DNA from: Spirochaetales bacterium
Lineage (GTDB): Bacteria > Spirochaetota > Spirochaetia > JABEVK01
Length of the DNA stretch: 64,000 bases
Direction: 5' to 3'
Assembly: GCA_027451945.1 (NCBI GenBank)
Contig: DAIDHT010000018.1
Location: 499 to 64,498 of the forward strand
Shown here: positions 10,046 through 19,803 of the stretch, piece by piece
Numbering within the stretch: position 1 is the stretch's first letter
How the letters are laid out: every line of letters starts with the position of its first letter
The notes under the pieces: generated by a model
What the model saw: only the letters and a program-made list of their open reading frames with translations
What the model was told of the DNA's origin: nothing
The model's database searches: none
Program-made: the position numbers and the translations under genes

Positions 10046-10116
10046 TACTGATTTTGCTTCAAAAACTCTGCAAAGGCAAATTTCAATCTTGCCGTAAACC
10101 TCGAATCAGCCTAAGA

Positions 10117-10488
10117 ATGACAATGATGAAGTTTTTTGATTTTGTTTTTCTAACCATCTCGGTGGGAGTTACTGTGGTTTCGGGACTTGCCGCCTGGAAA
10201 AACACGTCAACCGGTAATCCCCTTGTTGAGATTCAGTCAACCCAAGGAATGTTTGCCTATCCCCTGGGTATAGACCGCGACCTTCACATCAAAGGTCCTG
10301 CCGGTGTTACCTGGCTTAAGATTCGCAACAACCAGGTCTATGCTGTCCAAAGTCCGGGTCCGCGCAAGATTATGATGCAGATGGGAAAAATTAGCCAAAA
10401 TGGGCAATGGATAGCTTCGGTCCCCAATCATGTCTTTGTCAGGATCGTCGGCGGCAGACCAGCGACGGTCGACGCTATTGTTTTTTAG
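10117..10488 (+). CDS. Membrane-anchored NusG domain II (DUF1312)-like protein
   Basis: Single N-terminal TM, then a small beta domain (LHIKGPAGVTWLKIRNNQVYAVQSPGPRKIMM). Start chosen among clustered ATGs at 10117, 10123 and 10126. Confidence 0.4.
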   Translation: MTMMKFFDFVFLTISVGVTVVSGLAAWKNTSTGNPLVEIQSTQGMFAYPLGIDRDLHIKGPAGVTWLKIRNNQVYAVQSPGPRKIMMQMGKISQNGQWIASVPNHVFVRIVGGRPATVDAIVF

Positions 10489-10580
10489 ACCCTGTTTCTG
10501 CGAGGTAAATACCAGAATTCGTGTCTCAATCGTGAAAAGATTGAACCTATAAACGCTGTTGAAATAGCCGTAAATCAAAC

Positions 10581-13500
10581 TCAACCTGAAAGCCCTTCTT
10601 TAATCAGATCCAGCAGTTGATCGGCTCCCAGGCGTGCCGTTCCTTCGGAACCCTCAAGCAAAGCGTCAGCCAAGTCTCGCTTACTTTGATGCAAGCGAAC
10701 GATCTTTTCTTCGATCGTGTTTTTCGCAATGAGGCGGTAAATCGTCACGGGCCGTGTCTGCCCAATGCGGTGAGCGCGGTCGCTAGCTTGATCTTCGATC
10801 GCCGGATTCCACCACGGGTCCATGTGTACCACATAATCGGCCGCTGTTAAGTTCAGCCCCACTCCACCCGCTTGAAGACTAATTAAAAACGCATCCGCCG
10901 ATCCGTTTTGAAAGTTCTGAATCGCCACAGAACGTTCCCGCGCTGAAAGTGACCCGTCCAGGTATTCGAAGGTAAAGCCCGCTTTGGTCAGAGCGTCTTG
11001 GATAAGGGTGAGGTGATCCACAAATTGGCTAAAGATCAAAACACGATGCTTATTTTCTCGCAACTGTTCCATGAGCTCTAACAGGTAGGCAATTTTGCTG
11101 GCTGGGGACTCACCCAAGAGGTGCGTGCGATCACCCGCCAAGTTGGGGTGACAGCAGGCCCGCCGCAATTTTGTGAGTTGACTCAAAAGGTAGATTTGAA
11201 ATTCACCTTTCGGTGCGGACTTTTTTGCCTCAAGATCGGCCATCGTCTTTTGCCGTAGGGCTTCGTAAAATGTCTGTTCTGCCACAGAAAGTTCAATCTC
11301 AACCGTTTGCTCTGAACGCGTGGGCAAATCTTGAAGAACCTGCGACTTAGTCCGCCTCAACAAGAAGGGCTTGATCAAATCTTTAAGCACCCGACGTACC
11401 CGCTCGTCTTTATCTCGTTCGATGGGCAACAAGAAACGGCGTTGAAAATCTGTCTGACTACCGAGAAACCCTGGATTTAAGAATTCAAACAGGCTCCACA
11501 ACTCTCCTAAGTGATTCTGTAGGGGCGTACCTGTCACCGCGACACGAAAATCGGCTTTCAAACGTTGTACAATCCGAGTTCGTTGCGTATTGAGATTTTT
11601 GATGACATGCGCCTCATCAAGAATCACGGTGGCCCATTCGCGACCCAGGATCACCTCTGACGACGATACTAGCAGACCATAGGTCACTAAAACAACGTCG
11701 CCCGGCCCCACACGATTCACTAACTCGACCCGGTCACCCACTCCGAAGATTTGGGGACGAAGGTCGGGGGCAAAGCGCACCATCTCTTGTTCCCAATTGC
11801 GGCACACCGAAGTCGGTGCTACAACTAGAGCTGGGCCACGCGAATGTCGATGAAGCAGAAGGGCAAGGCACTGAAGAGTTTTGCCTAACCCCATGTCATC
11901 GGCTAAACAGGCCCCCGCGCCTATTGCCTCTAGGCGGCAAAGCCACTGAAACCCTTCTTCTTGATAAGGCCTCAGCTCGGCTAAAAGGCTTTGGGGAACG
12001 CTGGGCGTTGTATAAGAGGAAACAATCTTTTGCTTGAAGTCTGCCAACTTTTGGTCAACTTCAACCCCTTCCTTGGCAAGAAGCAGGTCGCTTGAAAGCA
12101 AGGCTAAGCGGTGAATTCGATTGTGCGTATCGGCAAGTTGGGCAACATGCTGAAGTTCTTGCAAAAACCGCGTTTCAAGTTCTAGGAACTCACCGTCACC
12201 CAAGGGTACAAACCGGCCTCTTAGATTCGTCATGCAGTTCAAAAGTTCTCGCAATTCCAAAACACGACCTGTATCGATCGTGATGGTTCCCTCTAATTGA
12301 AGCCATTCACCGGTAGAGTGCGCCCGTAACCGTGTCGAATTGCCGGGTCCGCTCGAAAGAACTTTTAGCGTTTGTCCCTTGGGCCATTCCACCCTAAGTT
12401 GAGGAATTTGCCGCAGCTCCGAAAGCACTTCTAAGCACGATTGAGGATCTAAAACCAACGCCGTCGATAAATCGCCCAAGTAAGCCGCCAATTGTGGGCA
12501 TGCTTGCAAAAGACTTTCGCGGGCGGACTTTTCAGTAGAAAAATCGCGCTGAGTCCAAACAAGCTTTTCGCCCTCTCGGCCATGAAGCATTTTGGGGCCT
12601 TCACCCGGTAGTACCAAAGGCGAGGATTCTCCCAGCGGTTTGACATAAAGCGAAAGTTCTAAGCCTGAACCCCGGGGAACAACCAGAACCACCAACCGAC
12701 TGTCGGTTGGCACTTCGTGGGCGGCCTGCGAGGATTGCAGTAACGGCGAATGAATGGTAATTGCACCCGAGAGCTTTTCAAGCAAGCTCACTATGCGCTT
12801 TTGTTCAGACGCCGGGACTTCAAGACGATTACCAAGCACTTCGGCAATTTTTAACGTCGCCGAACTCACCGTCGGAATGCGCCAAGTATGAGGCCCCGTC
12901 CTTTGCAGTTTGGGGTTTGGTTCCAAGGGGTCAGACGAAAAGCTGAACACGGTTTTTCCGTTGCGCTCTTCGACTTGAAGAATAATCTCGTCCCCCTCAA
13001 GGTCTATAGGTTGATTAAGATCATCCCGCAGATAAACGTTAGGGTGCCCAACTAACGCCCTCAGGGCTTGAGGCGCATCGATCACGTAATCTCCCCAAGA
13101 CGTCAGTTTGATGCTTTTCAGGGCCAACTCATCGGCGGGTGTTGCGCACGAAATGGCATGGTCTTCGATCCGCCGCCAAGAAAAGTCTTTGGGTGTCGAC
13201 CATTGCCCGTTTTTTAGCCGCTTTTGCAACTGAGGAAAGACTTTATGCGACGTTGCATCAAGCAACCAGATCATTCGCTCTTCTTTGGGTGACGAGTCTT
13301 TTAATCCCCCCTGCGTTAACAGCTCAAGGCGCTCCAAGCGCACTTCCCAATCTTGTGCTGGGCTGTAGAATCCTGCTAGGGTGTGGTGGATGTTGGTTTC
13401 GGCGATAATTTTATCGCGCTTTGCCTGGAACACCCTTTTCATAGCTTCGTCAGAAGTTCCCTTGGCCAGCAAGTGCCAAGCTTCCAGCTCGTACCACCGA

Positions 13501-14675
13501 AGGCGGCTCCCTTCAAGGGTCTCGGCAAGATTGATCAACGCAGGGTCCTCTTCTACGCCAACTTTATGGCCTAACCATGCTTGTGCCAACATCAGCAAAA
13601 GGGAGTTCCCTAAATTACGGGGTCTGTCTTTAGAGATTTCTTTCCAAAATCCCTCAAGCCCATTGGGTTCGCTTCGATTCCTAAAAAAAGCCCGCCAAAC
13701 ACGGCTAGCAAAATAGCACTGGGGGTGCTGGGTTCCCCAAGTGTTGAGCTTGGCGACCAACGACGGTTTAGCCATGAGCTGTAAGGGGGCTTGCAAAAAA
13801 AACAGAGGATGATCTAAAAACGGTTCCGCCGCGCCTTTGGTATCCCCAGACTCCAAAAAGGTTTGAAATAGTTGCTGCGCTTTGCTAGCCTCGTCATCCA
13901 AAAAGGCCCAAGCCGCTTGGTAAATCAACGGCAAGTCCGTTACCACCGGTGGGCGTTCCAAGCATACAAGCGCGGTGATACTTTGCAATTCGACGGCGGT
14001 ATCTACCATGTAGGGAATCGACGAGTTAAGCAGATGCTGAGCGATTTGTCGATTATAATCCAGGCTAAAAAAGGCAAATTCACCCAAAGCCTTGCTGATT
14101 TCAGGCCAAGCCGATGCTTTGACCCAGCCCAGCCGTTGACTGGCTATCAGCTCTTCTAGCAAGAATGCCCAATAATCGCCCCAAGACTCGCCGTTTGCGG
14201 GAATTGCGCTAACGATCGCTTCCATTTGTTCTTGAAAGGACCCTTGGTAATCTAATTCTGCCAAAAGAATAAGCTTCCGAAACGCATTTCGTTCATCGAA
14301 CAATTCGGAATATCCATAGCTATACGAGGTCTTATAACAGGGGAAAACGAGGTCTAAAGCATTATGAACCTTCTGGGCGGTCAACGGTGTTTGCTTAACA
14401 AAAAGCGATCGTTGCCACCTTGCCTCGTCTCGCATGATGCCATAAATAGAGTTTTCCGTTCGTACTACCAGACCAGCTTTGACAGCGCGATCGAGAGCCC
14501 CTTCCACTTGATTGACCGTGAAGGCTTTTTTTTCTTCAGTTTTGAGATTTGCCTCCTTCATCCACCGATAAAGGTCGTACGCTTCTAGAGGAAAAACGCC
14601 ATAGGCCAGAGTACAGACAACTGTCCGATCGTTAGCAGATAACTTGGCGTATTCGGCTGCGTGTTGATCGTTCAT
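10581..14675 (-). CDS. SNF2-family DNA-dependent ATPase with a large (~800 aa) uncharacterised N-terminal region
   Basis: C-terminal helicase motifs: LADDMGLGKTLQ (I), ILDEAHVIKN (II, DEAH), TGTPLQN (III), HRIGQTRPV (VI). N-terminal 800 aa has no recognisable motif. Confidence 0.85.
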   Translation of the reverse strand: MNDQHAAEYAKLSANDRTVVCTLAYGVFPLEAYDLYRWMKEANLKTEEKKAFTVNQVEGALDRAVKAGLVVRTENSIYGIMRDEARWQRSLFVKQTPLTAQKVHNALDLVFPCYKTSYSYGYSELFDERNAFRKLILLAELDYQGSFQEQMEAIVSAIPANGESWGDYWAFLLEELIASQRLGWVKASAWPEISKALGEFAFFSLDYNRQIAQHLLNSSIPYMVDTAVELQSITALVCLERPPVVTDLPLIYQAAWAFLDDEASKAQQLFQTFLESGDTKGAAEPFLDHPLFFLQAPLQLMAKPSLVAKLNTWGTQHPQCYFASRVWRAFFRNRSEPNGLEGFWKEISKDRPRNLGNSLLLMLAQAWLGHKVGVEEDPALINLAETLEGSRLRWYELEAWHLLAKGTSDEAMKRVFQAKRDKIIAETNIHHTLAGFYSPAQDWEVRLERLELLTQGGLKDSSPKEERMIWLLDATSHKVFPQLQKRLKNGQWSTPKDFSWRRIEDHAISCATPADELALKSIKLTSWGDYVIDAPQALRALVGHPNVYLRDDLNQPIDLEGDEIILQVEERNGKTVFSFSSDPLEPNPKLQRTGPHTWRIPTVSSATLKIAEVLGNRLEVPASEQKRIVSLLEKLSGAITIHSPLLQSSQAAHEVPTDSRLVVLVVPRGSGLELSLYVKPLGESSPLVLPGEGPKMLHGREGEKLVWTQRDFSTEKSARESLLQACPQLAAYLGDLSTALVLDPQSCLEVLSELRQIPQLRVEWPKGQTLKVLSSGPGNSTRLRAHSTGEWLQLEGTITIDTGRVLELRELLNCMTNLRGRFVPLGDGEFLELETRFLQELQHVAQLADTHNRIHRLALLSSDLLLAKEGVEVDQKLADFKQKIVSSYTTPSVPQSLLAELRPYQEEGFQWLCRLEAIGAGACLADDMGLGKTLQCLALLLHRHSRGPALVVAPTSVCRNWEQEMVRFAPDLRPQIFGVGDRVELVNRVGPGDVVLVTYGLLVSSSEVILGREWATVILDEAHVIKNLNTQRTRIVQRLKADFRVAVTGTPLQNHLGELWSLFEFLNPGFLGSQTDFQRRFLLPIERDKDERVRRVLKDLIKPFLLRRTKSQVLQDLPTRSEQTVEIELSVAEQTFYEALRQKTMADLEAKKSAPKGEFQIYLLSQLTKLRRACCHPNLAGDRTHLLGESPASKIAYLLELMEQLRENKHRVLIFSQFVDHLTLIQDALTKAGFTFEYLDGSLSARERSVAIQNFQNGSADAFLISLQAGGVGLNLTAADYVVHMDPWWNPAIEDQASDRAHRIGQTRPVTIYRLIAKNTIEEKIVRLHQSKRDLADALLEGSEGTARLGADQLLDLIKEGLSG

Positions 14676-14707
14676 AACGTGATTTTACTCAAAAACGCCA
14701 AACGAAC

Positions 14708-15859
14708 TCAACCTTTGGGAAACAACAACTGGGCCACAGAGGAACTGTCAATTTCTTCACCAAAAAGCGTTTTAGCCAATAGGCCACTTCCCAACACTTG
14801 CGGCGCAAATAATAAATCCGGTTGGACACGCCGCATCTTATCCAGGTGTTGGGCATCGTTCACGCCGGCGACGGTTTTGACGTTCGGAGCGACTTCCTTC
14901 ACGGCTAAGATGGCGAAGGCATTTTCGGCATCATCATTGCGCAAGGTCAGAATAGCTCGCGCCTTACGCACCCCGGCTTGCTCTAAAATTTCTTTACGCG
15001 TCGGGTCACCCACGATAACATCTGCGCCCTCAGGGTAAGGAGACGCTTGTCCCGGCGAAACAATCACAGTAACCTGAACCCCTCGGCGTTTGAGCTCCTC
15101 CCACATCGTCTGTGCCAAACTTGAGGCTCCCAGGATTACAAAATGGTCTTGTCGTTGCTTTTGCATACGATCCCCCATCATTTTCTTTAGCTTTTCACCA
15201 AGAAGCGGCACTGCTACCGTTGATAAAGTGGCGGCAAAAACCGTGATTCCCAACAAAATCAATGATACAGTAAACAACTGTCCCTGTGCCGTTTTAGGGG
15301 TGATATCACCATAGCCTACCGTCGACATCGTGACGACAACAAAGTATAGCGCTTGCGAAAGCGTTTTAATGGGGGTCGTAAAATCCTCCCCCAACCATAA
15401 ACTACCCATGATGCCGTAAATGAGGAGCGTCCCCATGCCCAAGAGCGCAAACAACGACCCAGCCGCCAAACTACTACGATGAAATTGCCGCGCAAAGAAC
15501 ACCAGCAAACCTATCAAAACGACCGAGAAACCGAACGATAGTTCAAAAGGTCGATGAAAGACCAAGCTAAAGATCACATAAAAGCCGCTGACTAAGAGCG
15601 AGATAACCCACGAGAGCCGAGCTCCACGAAGCAATCCAAACGCCATAAAAATCAAGCTTATCCCGACAAGGAACGGCAAAACCGAGCCAAGAGACATCGT
15701 GTTAAGCACGGAACGTTGGTGTTGAACGAGAGCCAACCATAGCTGGTACACAGCTTGAGTGTGGGCTAACAAAAGAAACACACCAGCCCCCAGCGAACAC
15801 AAAAAGGCAAGCCAGCGGCTGACCTTATCCCGGGAGCTAAACCACTGAAAAATCCTCAT
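14708..15859 (-). CDS. Potassium channel with cytoplasmic RCK/TrkA-N domain (Kch-like)
   Basis: Selectivity filter TVGYGD. Rossmann-type RCK segment (HFVILGASSLAQTMWEELKRRGVQVTVIV). Confidence 0.8.
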   Translation of the reverse strand: MRIFQWFSSRDKVSRWLAFLCSLGAGVFLLLAHTQAVYQLWLALVQHQRSVLNTMSLGSVLPFLVGISLIFMAFGLLRGARLSWVISLLVSGFYVIFSLVFHRPFELSFGFSVVLIGLLVFFARQFHRSSLAAGSLFALLGMGTLLIYGIMGSLWLGEDFTTPIKTLSQALYFVVVTMSTVGYGDITPKTAQGQLFTVSLILLGITVFAATLSTVAVPLLGEKLKKMMGDRMQKQRQDHFVILGASSLAQTMWEELKRRGVQVTVIVSPGQASPYPEGADVIVGDPTRKEILEQAGVRKARAILTLRNDDAENAFAILAVKEVAPNVKTVAGVNDAQHLDKMRRVQPDLLFAPQVLGSGLLAKTLFGEEIDSSSVAQLLFPKG

Positions 15860-15923
15860 TCGACCTCAATCTTTGAACAATTCGTGTTATCATGGCTTAA
15901 ATTAAGCTCCTAGGAAAGTACCA

Positions 15924-17198
15924 ATGACCCTGCTTCTTCTCGTCATCTTTTGCCTCGGTTATCTTGCCATCTCGTTAGAAGAACCTCTCAAACTCAACAA
16001 AGCAGCCCTGGGCCTATTTATCGCCGTCCTCTTATGGACCCTTCTTGCTATGTTCTCACACGACGTCCACGATATTCACCAAATCTTGTCAGAGCATTTG
16101 GCACCCATAGCCGAGATCATCTTCTTTTTAATGGGAGCGATGACCATTGTCGAGGTGATTGACCGGCATCAGGGTTTTCGGCTGATTACTGACCGAATAA
16201 AAACTCGCCACAAACGAAGCCTTCTCATCATTCTCGGTGTCGTCACTTTCGTCCTGTCCTCTGTTTTAGACAACCTTGCCACGACCATCGTGATGATCGC
16301 CATCATGTCAAAGTTCATCACCGAGCTCAACGATAAAACCCTCTTTACAGGGGTAATTGTCATCGCGGCGAATGCCGGCGGCGCGTTTTCACCCATCGGG
16401 GACATTACCACCACAATGCTTTGGATCGGTGGCCAGATTTCGCCTTTAGGAATCCTTACCCATACGTTTTTTCCTTCGCTGGCCGCCTTTGCAATTCCCC
16501 TCCTTGTGGCTTTTTTCCTCGTAAAAAATGACGAGCTTCAACCGACGTCTTCCCCGACAGATTCCTCGGTAAAGACCAGCCATCGGGTTCTTGTCTTTTC
16601 TGTAGGAGTTGGAGCACTCATTTTGGTACCTTTCTTTAAAATCGTCACCGGATTACCGCCGTTCATGGGCATCTTAGGCGCGCTCGGCGTCGTTTGGATT
16701 ATGACCGAGTTTCTTCACCGCAAAAATCACCACACGTTTTCAACAAGACTCAGTGTTACACAGGCCTTACGAGAAATTGACTTGTCCAGCATTTTGTTCT
16801 TTGTGGGGATACTTTTAGCAGTGTCCGCCCTAGAAACGGGCGGGGTCCTCAAGCACTTGGCTCAGCTTCTCGAAGCAAGCGTCAGCAACAAAAACTTTAT
16901 CCCTATTTTTCTAGGGGGCATTTCGGCCGTGTTCGATAACGTCCCTTTGGTCGCCGCTAGTATGCAGATGTACCCGCTAAGCCAGGTTCCCATGGATAAT
17001 AACTTCTGGCTTTTACTAGCCTACACGGCGGGAACTGGGGGCAGTATGCTTATTATTGGTTCGGCGGCTGGGGTGACAGCCATGGGCATGACAAAAGTTA
17101 GCTTTGGCAATTACGCTTTACGCATCGCACCGCTGGCTCTTTTTGGGTACCTAGCGGGAATCATCACGTTCGCCCTTCAATCGGGACTGGGCCTATAA
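15924..17198 (+). CDS. nhaD: NhaD/ArsB-superfamily Na+/H+ antiporter
   Basis: Polytopic membrane protein with the NhaD-like repeat topology (ANAGGAFSPIGDITTTMLWIGG). Confidence 0.65.
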   Translation: MTLLLLVIFCLGYLAISLEEPLKLNKAALGLFIAVLLWTLLAMFSHDVHDIHQILSEHLAPIAEIIFFLMGAMTIVEVIDRHQGFRLITDRIKTRHKRSLLIILGVVTFVLSSVLDNLATTIVMIAIMSKFITELNDKTLFTGVIVIAANAGGAFSPIGDITTTMLWIGGQISPLGILTHTFFPSLAAFAIPLLVAFFLVKNDELQPTSSPTDSSVKTSHRVLVFSVGVGALILVPFFKIVTGLPPFMGILGALGVVWIMTEFLHRKNHHTFSTRLSVTQALREIDLSSILFFVGILLAVSALETGGVLKHLAQLLEASVSNKNFIPIFLGGISAVFDNVPLVAASMQMYPLSQVPMDNNFWLLLAYTAGTGGSMLIIGSAAGVTAMGMTKVSFGNYALRIAPLALFGYLAGIITFALQSGLGL

Positions 17199-17209
17199 AT
17201 TCAAAACGC

Positions 17210-17251
17210 AAGAAATCGCTGGCACCTTCTACGGTTGCCAGGATTTCTTGT
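17210..17251 (-). terminator. Long imperfect hairpin between convergent nhaD and ilvC; likely the ilvC rho-independent terminator (possibly bidirectional)
   Basis: CAAGAAATC-GCTGGCA / TGCCAG-GATTTCTTG form a ~15-bp stem with an 11-nt loop, followed by a T-rich tract on the minus strand (CGTTTTGAATTT). Confidence 0.45.
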
Positions 17252-17278
17252 TGAGAATACCCCTTGTCGCGAAGAGGC

Positions 17279-18748
17279 TTAGATAATTGCCTTCATGGCG
17301 GTCATGTAAGCACGGAGCTTCTTACCAACCACTTCGACAGGGTGATTGCGAATACTGTCGTTAACTTGGTTCAGCACCGCATTAGGAACGTGCGCATCCT
17401 TGATTGGCAGGCCCTTACCGATGACGTCGGTATCGACGCTCTTCATAAAGTCGCCCAACAGGGGACGGCAAGCGTTGTCAAACAGGTAGCAACCGTATTC
17501 CGCTGTGTCCGAAATGACTTTGTTCATTTCGTAGAGTTTTTTGCGGGCGATCAGGTTGGCGATGAGCGGCACCTCATGAAGCGATTCGTAGTAGGCGCTT
17601 TCGGGTTTCATACCGGCGGCAGTCATGGTTTCGAAGGCGAGTTCAACACCAGCTTTAACCATTGCCACCATCAGAATGCCCTTATCAAAGTACTCTTGTT
17701 CAGCAATGGCGGCAGTCGACGCGGCGGTCTGTTCAAACGCGGTTTTGCCGGTAGCTTCGCGCCAAGCCAACAGGTCCTTGTCGCCAGCCTTCCAGTCATC
17801 CATCATCGTTGAGCTGAACTTGCCACTGATGATGTCGTCCTGATGCTTTTGGTACAGCGGGGTCATGATCTTTTTCAGTTGATCAGCAAGCTCGGCTGCC
17901 TTAATCTTGGCGGGGTTAGAAAGTCGGTCCATCATGAGGCTGATACCGCCGAACTTGAGGGCTTCGGTGATGGTTTCCCAGCCAAACTGAATAAACTTCG
18001 ACGCCCAGTTCTTATCGACGCCCTTTTCGACCATTTTGTCGAAGCACAACAACGAGCCGGTCTGCAACATTCCGCACAGAATCGTCTGTTCGCCCATCAG
18101 GTCAGATTTCACTTCGGCCACAAAGCTCGACTGAAGCACGCCAGCGCGATCGCCGCCCGTGCCACTCGCCAAAGCCTTAGCAAACGCCAAGCCCTTGCCT
18201 TCGGCATCATTTTCGGGGTGAACCGCAATTAAAGTAGGAATCCCAAAGCCGCGTTTGTATTCTTCACGAACTTCAGAACCAGGTCCCTTGGGCGCCATCA
18301 TGACGACGGTGATGTCTTTGCGAACCTGCATACCTTCTTCAACAATGTTGAAACCGTGGCTGTACCACAGCACCGAGCCCTTTTTCATGAGGGGCTGGAC
18401 GGCAGCAATCACGTTGCTGTGTTGTTTATCGGGGGTCAGGTTACCCACGATATCGGCACCGGGAATCAATTCTTCATAAGTTCCCACTTTAAAACCGTTG
18501 TCGGTGGCGTTCTTCCAGCTGGCGCGCTTTTCGGCAATGGCTTCTTTACGCAGCGCATAGCTAACATCCAGCCCCGAGTCGCGAAGGTTGAGACCCTGGT
18601 GGAGCCCCTGAGCACCCGCGCCCACGATGACAATCTTTTTTCCTTTCAGAACATTCACCCCATCGGTGAACTCGGCTTTATCCATAAAACGGCAAACGCC
18701 CAGCTGTAACAGCTGTTGGCGCAGGCTGAGTGTATTGAAATAGTTCAT
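17279..18748 (-). CDS. ilvC: Ketol-acid reductoisomerase, class II (long form)
   Basis: 489 aa. N-terminus [22 protein letters not shown] and most internal blocks ([42 protein letters not shown]) closely follow enterobacterial IlvC as recalled. Confidence 0.95.
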   Translation of the reverse strand: MNYFNTLSLRQQLLQLGVCRFMDKAEFTDGVNVLKGKKIVIVGAGAQGLHQGLNLRDSGLDVSYALRKEAIAEKRASWKNATDNGFKVGTYEELIPGADIVGNLTPDKQHSNVIAAVQPLMKKGSVLWYSHGFNIVEEGMQVRKDITVVMMAPKGPGSEVREEYKRGFGIPTLIAVHPENDAEGKGLAFAKALASGTGGDRAGVLQSSFVAEVKSDLMGEQTILCGMLQTGSLLCFDKMVEKGVDKNWASKFIQFGWETITEALKFGGISLMMDRLSNPAKIKAAELADQLKKIMTPLYQKHQDDIISGKFSSTMMDDWKAGDKDLLAWREATGKTAFEQTAASTAAIAEQEYFDKGILMVAMVKAGVELAFETMTAAGMKPESAYYESLHEVPLIANLIARKKLYEMNKVISDTAEYGCYLFDNACRPLLGDFMKSVDTDVIGKGLPIKDAHVPNAVLNQVNDSIRNHPVEVVGKKLRAYMTAMKAII

Positions 18749-18803
18749 AACATCTCCTTGGCACAGTTATAGCGCACCCGTTACTATTGCGTAAAGTGAA
18801 GTA

Positions 18804-18836
18804 TTTGCAGTGATCTCTTGCAAAAATTGGTATAAT
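18804..18836 (+). promoter_or_regulatory. Inverted repeat TTTGCAG-N7-CTTGCAAA (LysR/IlvY-type T-N11-A-like operator) plus TATAAT -10 hexamer in the ilvC-ilvY divergent region
   Basis: Palindrome at 18804..18824. TATAAT at 18831..18836, 10 nt upstream of the ilvY ATG. Confidence 0.4.
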
Positions 18837-18846
18837 GGGGAACGCC

Positions 18847-19803
18847 ATGGATTTTTTCGAATTGTCAGCCTTTCTCGCCCTTGCGAGAACCCTCCATTTC
18901 GCCAAAGCCGCCGGTCAGGTGAATACCAGTCCGTCGGCCCTGAGCCGGATCGTCGCCCGTCTCGAAGAAGAGGCGGGGGTGCCACTCTTTGAGCGCGATA
19001 CCCGAAGGGTGGCTCTCACCGAAGAAGGCCGGCTGTTTTGTGACTTTGCGCGCGAGGTCTTGCGGCAAAAAGAAACGCTTCACGAAACTCTTGCCTCGTG
19101 GAAGGGGCGCCTTCGTGGGGCCCTACGGGTCTGGGCTTCAGTAACCGCGTGTTATTCCATTTTACCACCGTTTGCCGCTCAGCTGAGGTTATCGCACCCC
19201 GACCTCCACTTGGCGATTCAAACTGGTGACCCGGCCGAGGCCGAAACCGCTTTGCGTAACGACGAAGTTGACTTGGCTTTGGCCGCCCTCCCCGAAGAAG
19301 GACTAAGCGGCTTACCCAGCTTTTCGGTTAAGAGGTCCCCGCTGGTCTTTGTCATGGCCAAGGACGCTCCCCTGCCCGCCTGGGAACAAGCAAGCTACAT
19401 CCTTCCGTCACGTGGTCTAGCTCGAGAACGCTTTGACCGTTGGGCACGAAACCAAAAACTCAAGCCCTCGGTGGCCGCCGAAACAGCGGGCAATGAGGCG
19501 ATTTTGGCCTTGGCCCGGCTGGGCTTGGGGCTGGGGTTAGTGCCTCGCATCGTTTTAGATAACAGCCCCTTTGCCGATGGCCTCGACATTCTGCCCACGT
19601 TACCCGAGCTGGGTGAGTACGATATTGGCTTTGCGTTTTACAACCGCTCGCCGCGCTTTAGCCAAGCGGTCGCTGGCGTCTTAGAAGCCGCCTACCCCGA
19701 GGGTTCTTGGAAAGCAACCTCACATACGCTACACTTCGGGCATGGCTCGAGCTATCGTTCTTCTGACAGCCCTGACTCTGCTTTGTCTAACCCCTCTGCC
19801 TAG
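18847..19803 (+). CDS. ilvY: LysR-family transcriptional regulator, probable IlvY (divergent from ilvC)
   Basis: N-terminal HTH (FLALARTLHFAKAAGQVNTSPSALSRIVARLEEEAGVPLFERDTRRV). Divergent arrangement with ilvC matches the enterobacterial layout. Start MDFFELS. Confidence 0.7.
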   Translation: MDFFELSAFLALARTLHFAKAAGQVNTSPSALSRIVARLEEEAGVPLFERDTRRVALTEEGRLFCDFAREVLRQKETLHETLASWKGRLRGALRVWASVTACYSILPPFAAQLRLSHPDLHLAIQTGDPAEAETALRNDEVDLALAALPEEGLSGLPSFSVKRSPLVFVMAKDAPLPAWEQASYILPSRGLARERFDRWARNQKLKPSVAAETAGNEAILALARLGLGLGLVPRIVLDNSPFADGLDILPTLPELGEYDIGFAFYNRSPRFSQAVAGVLEAAYPEGSWKATSHTLHFGHGSSYRSSDSPDSALSNPSA

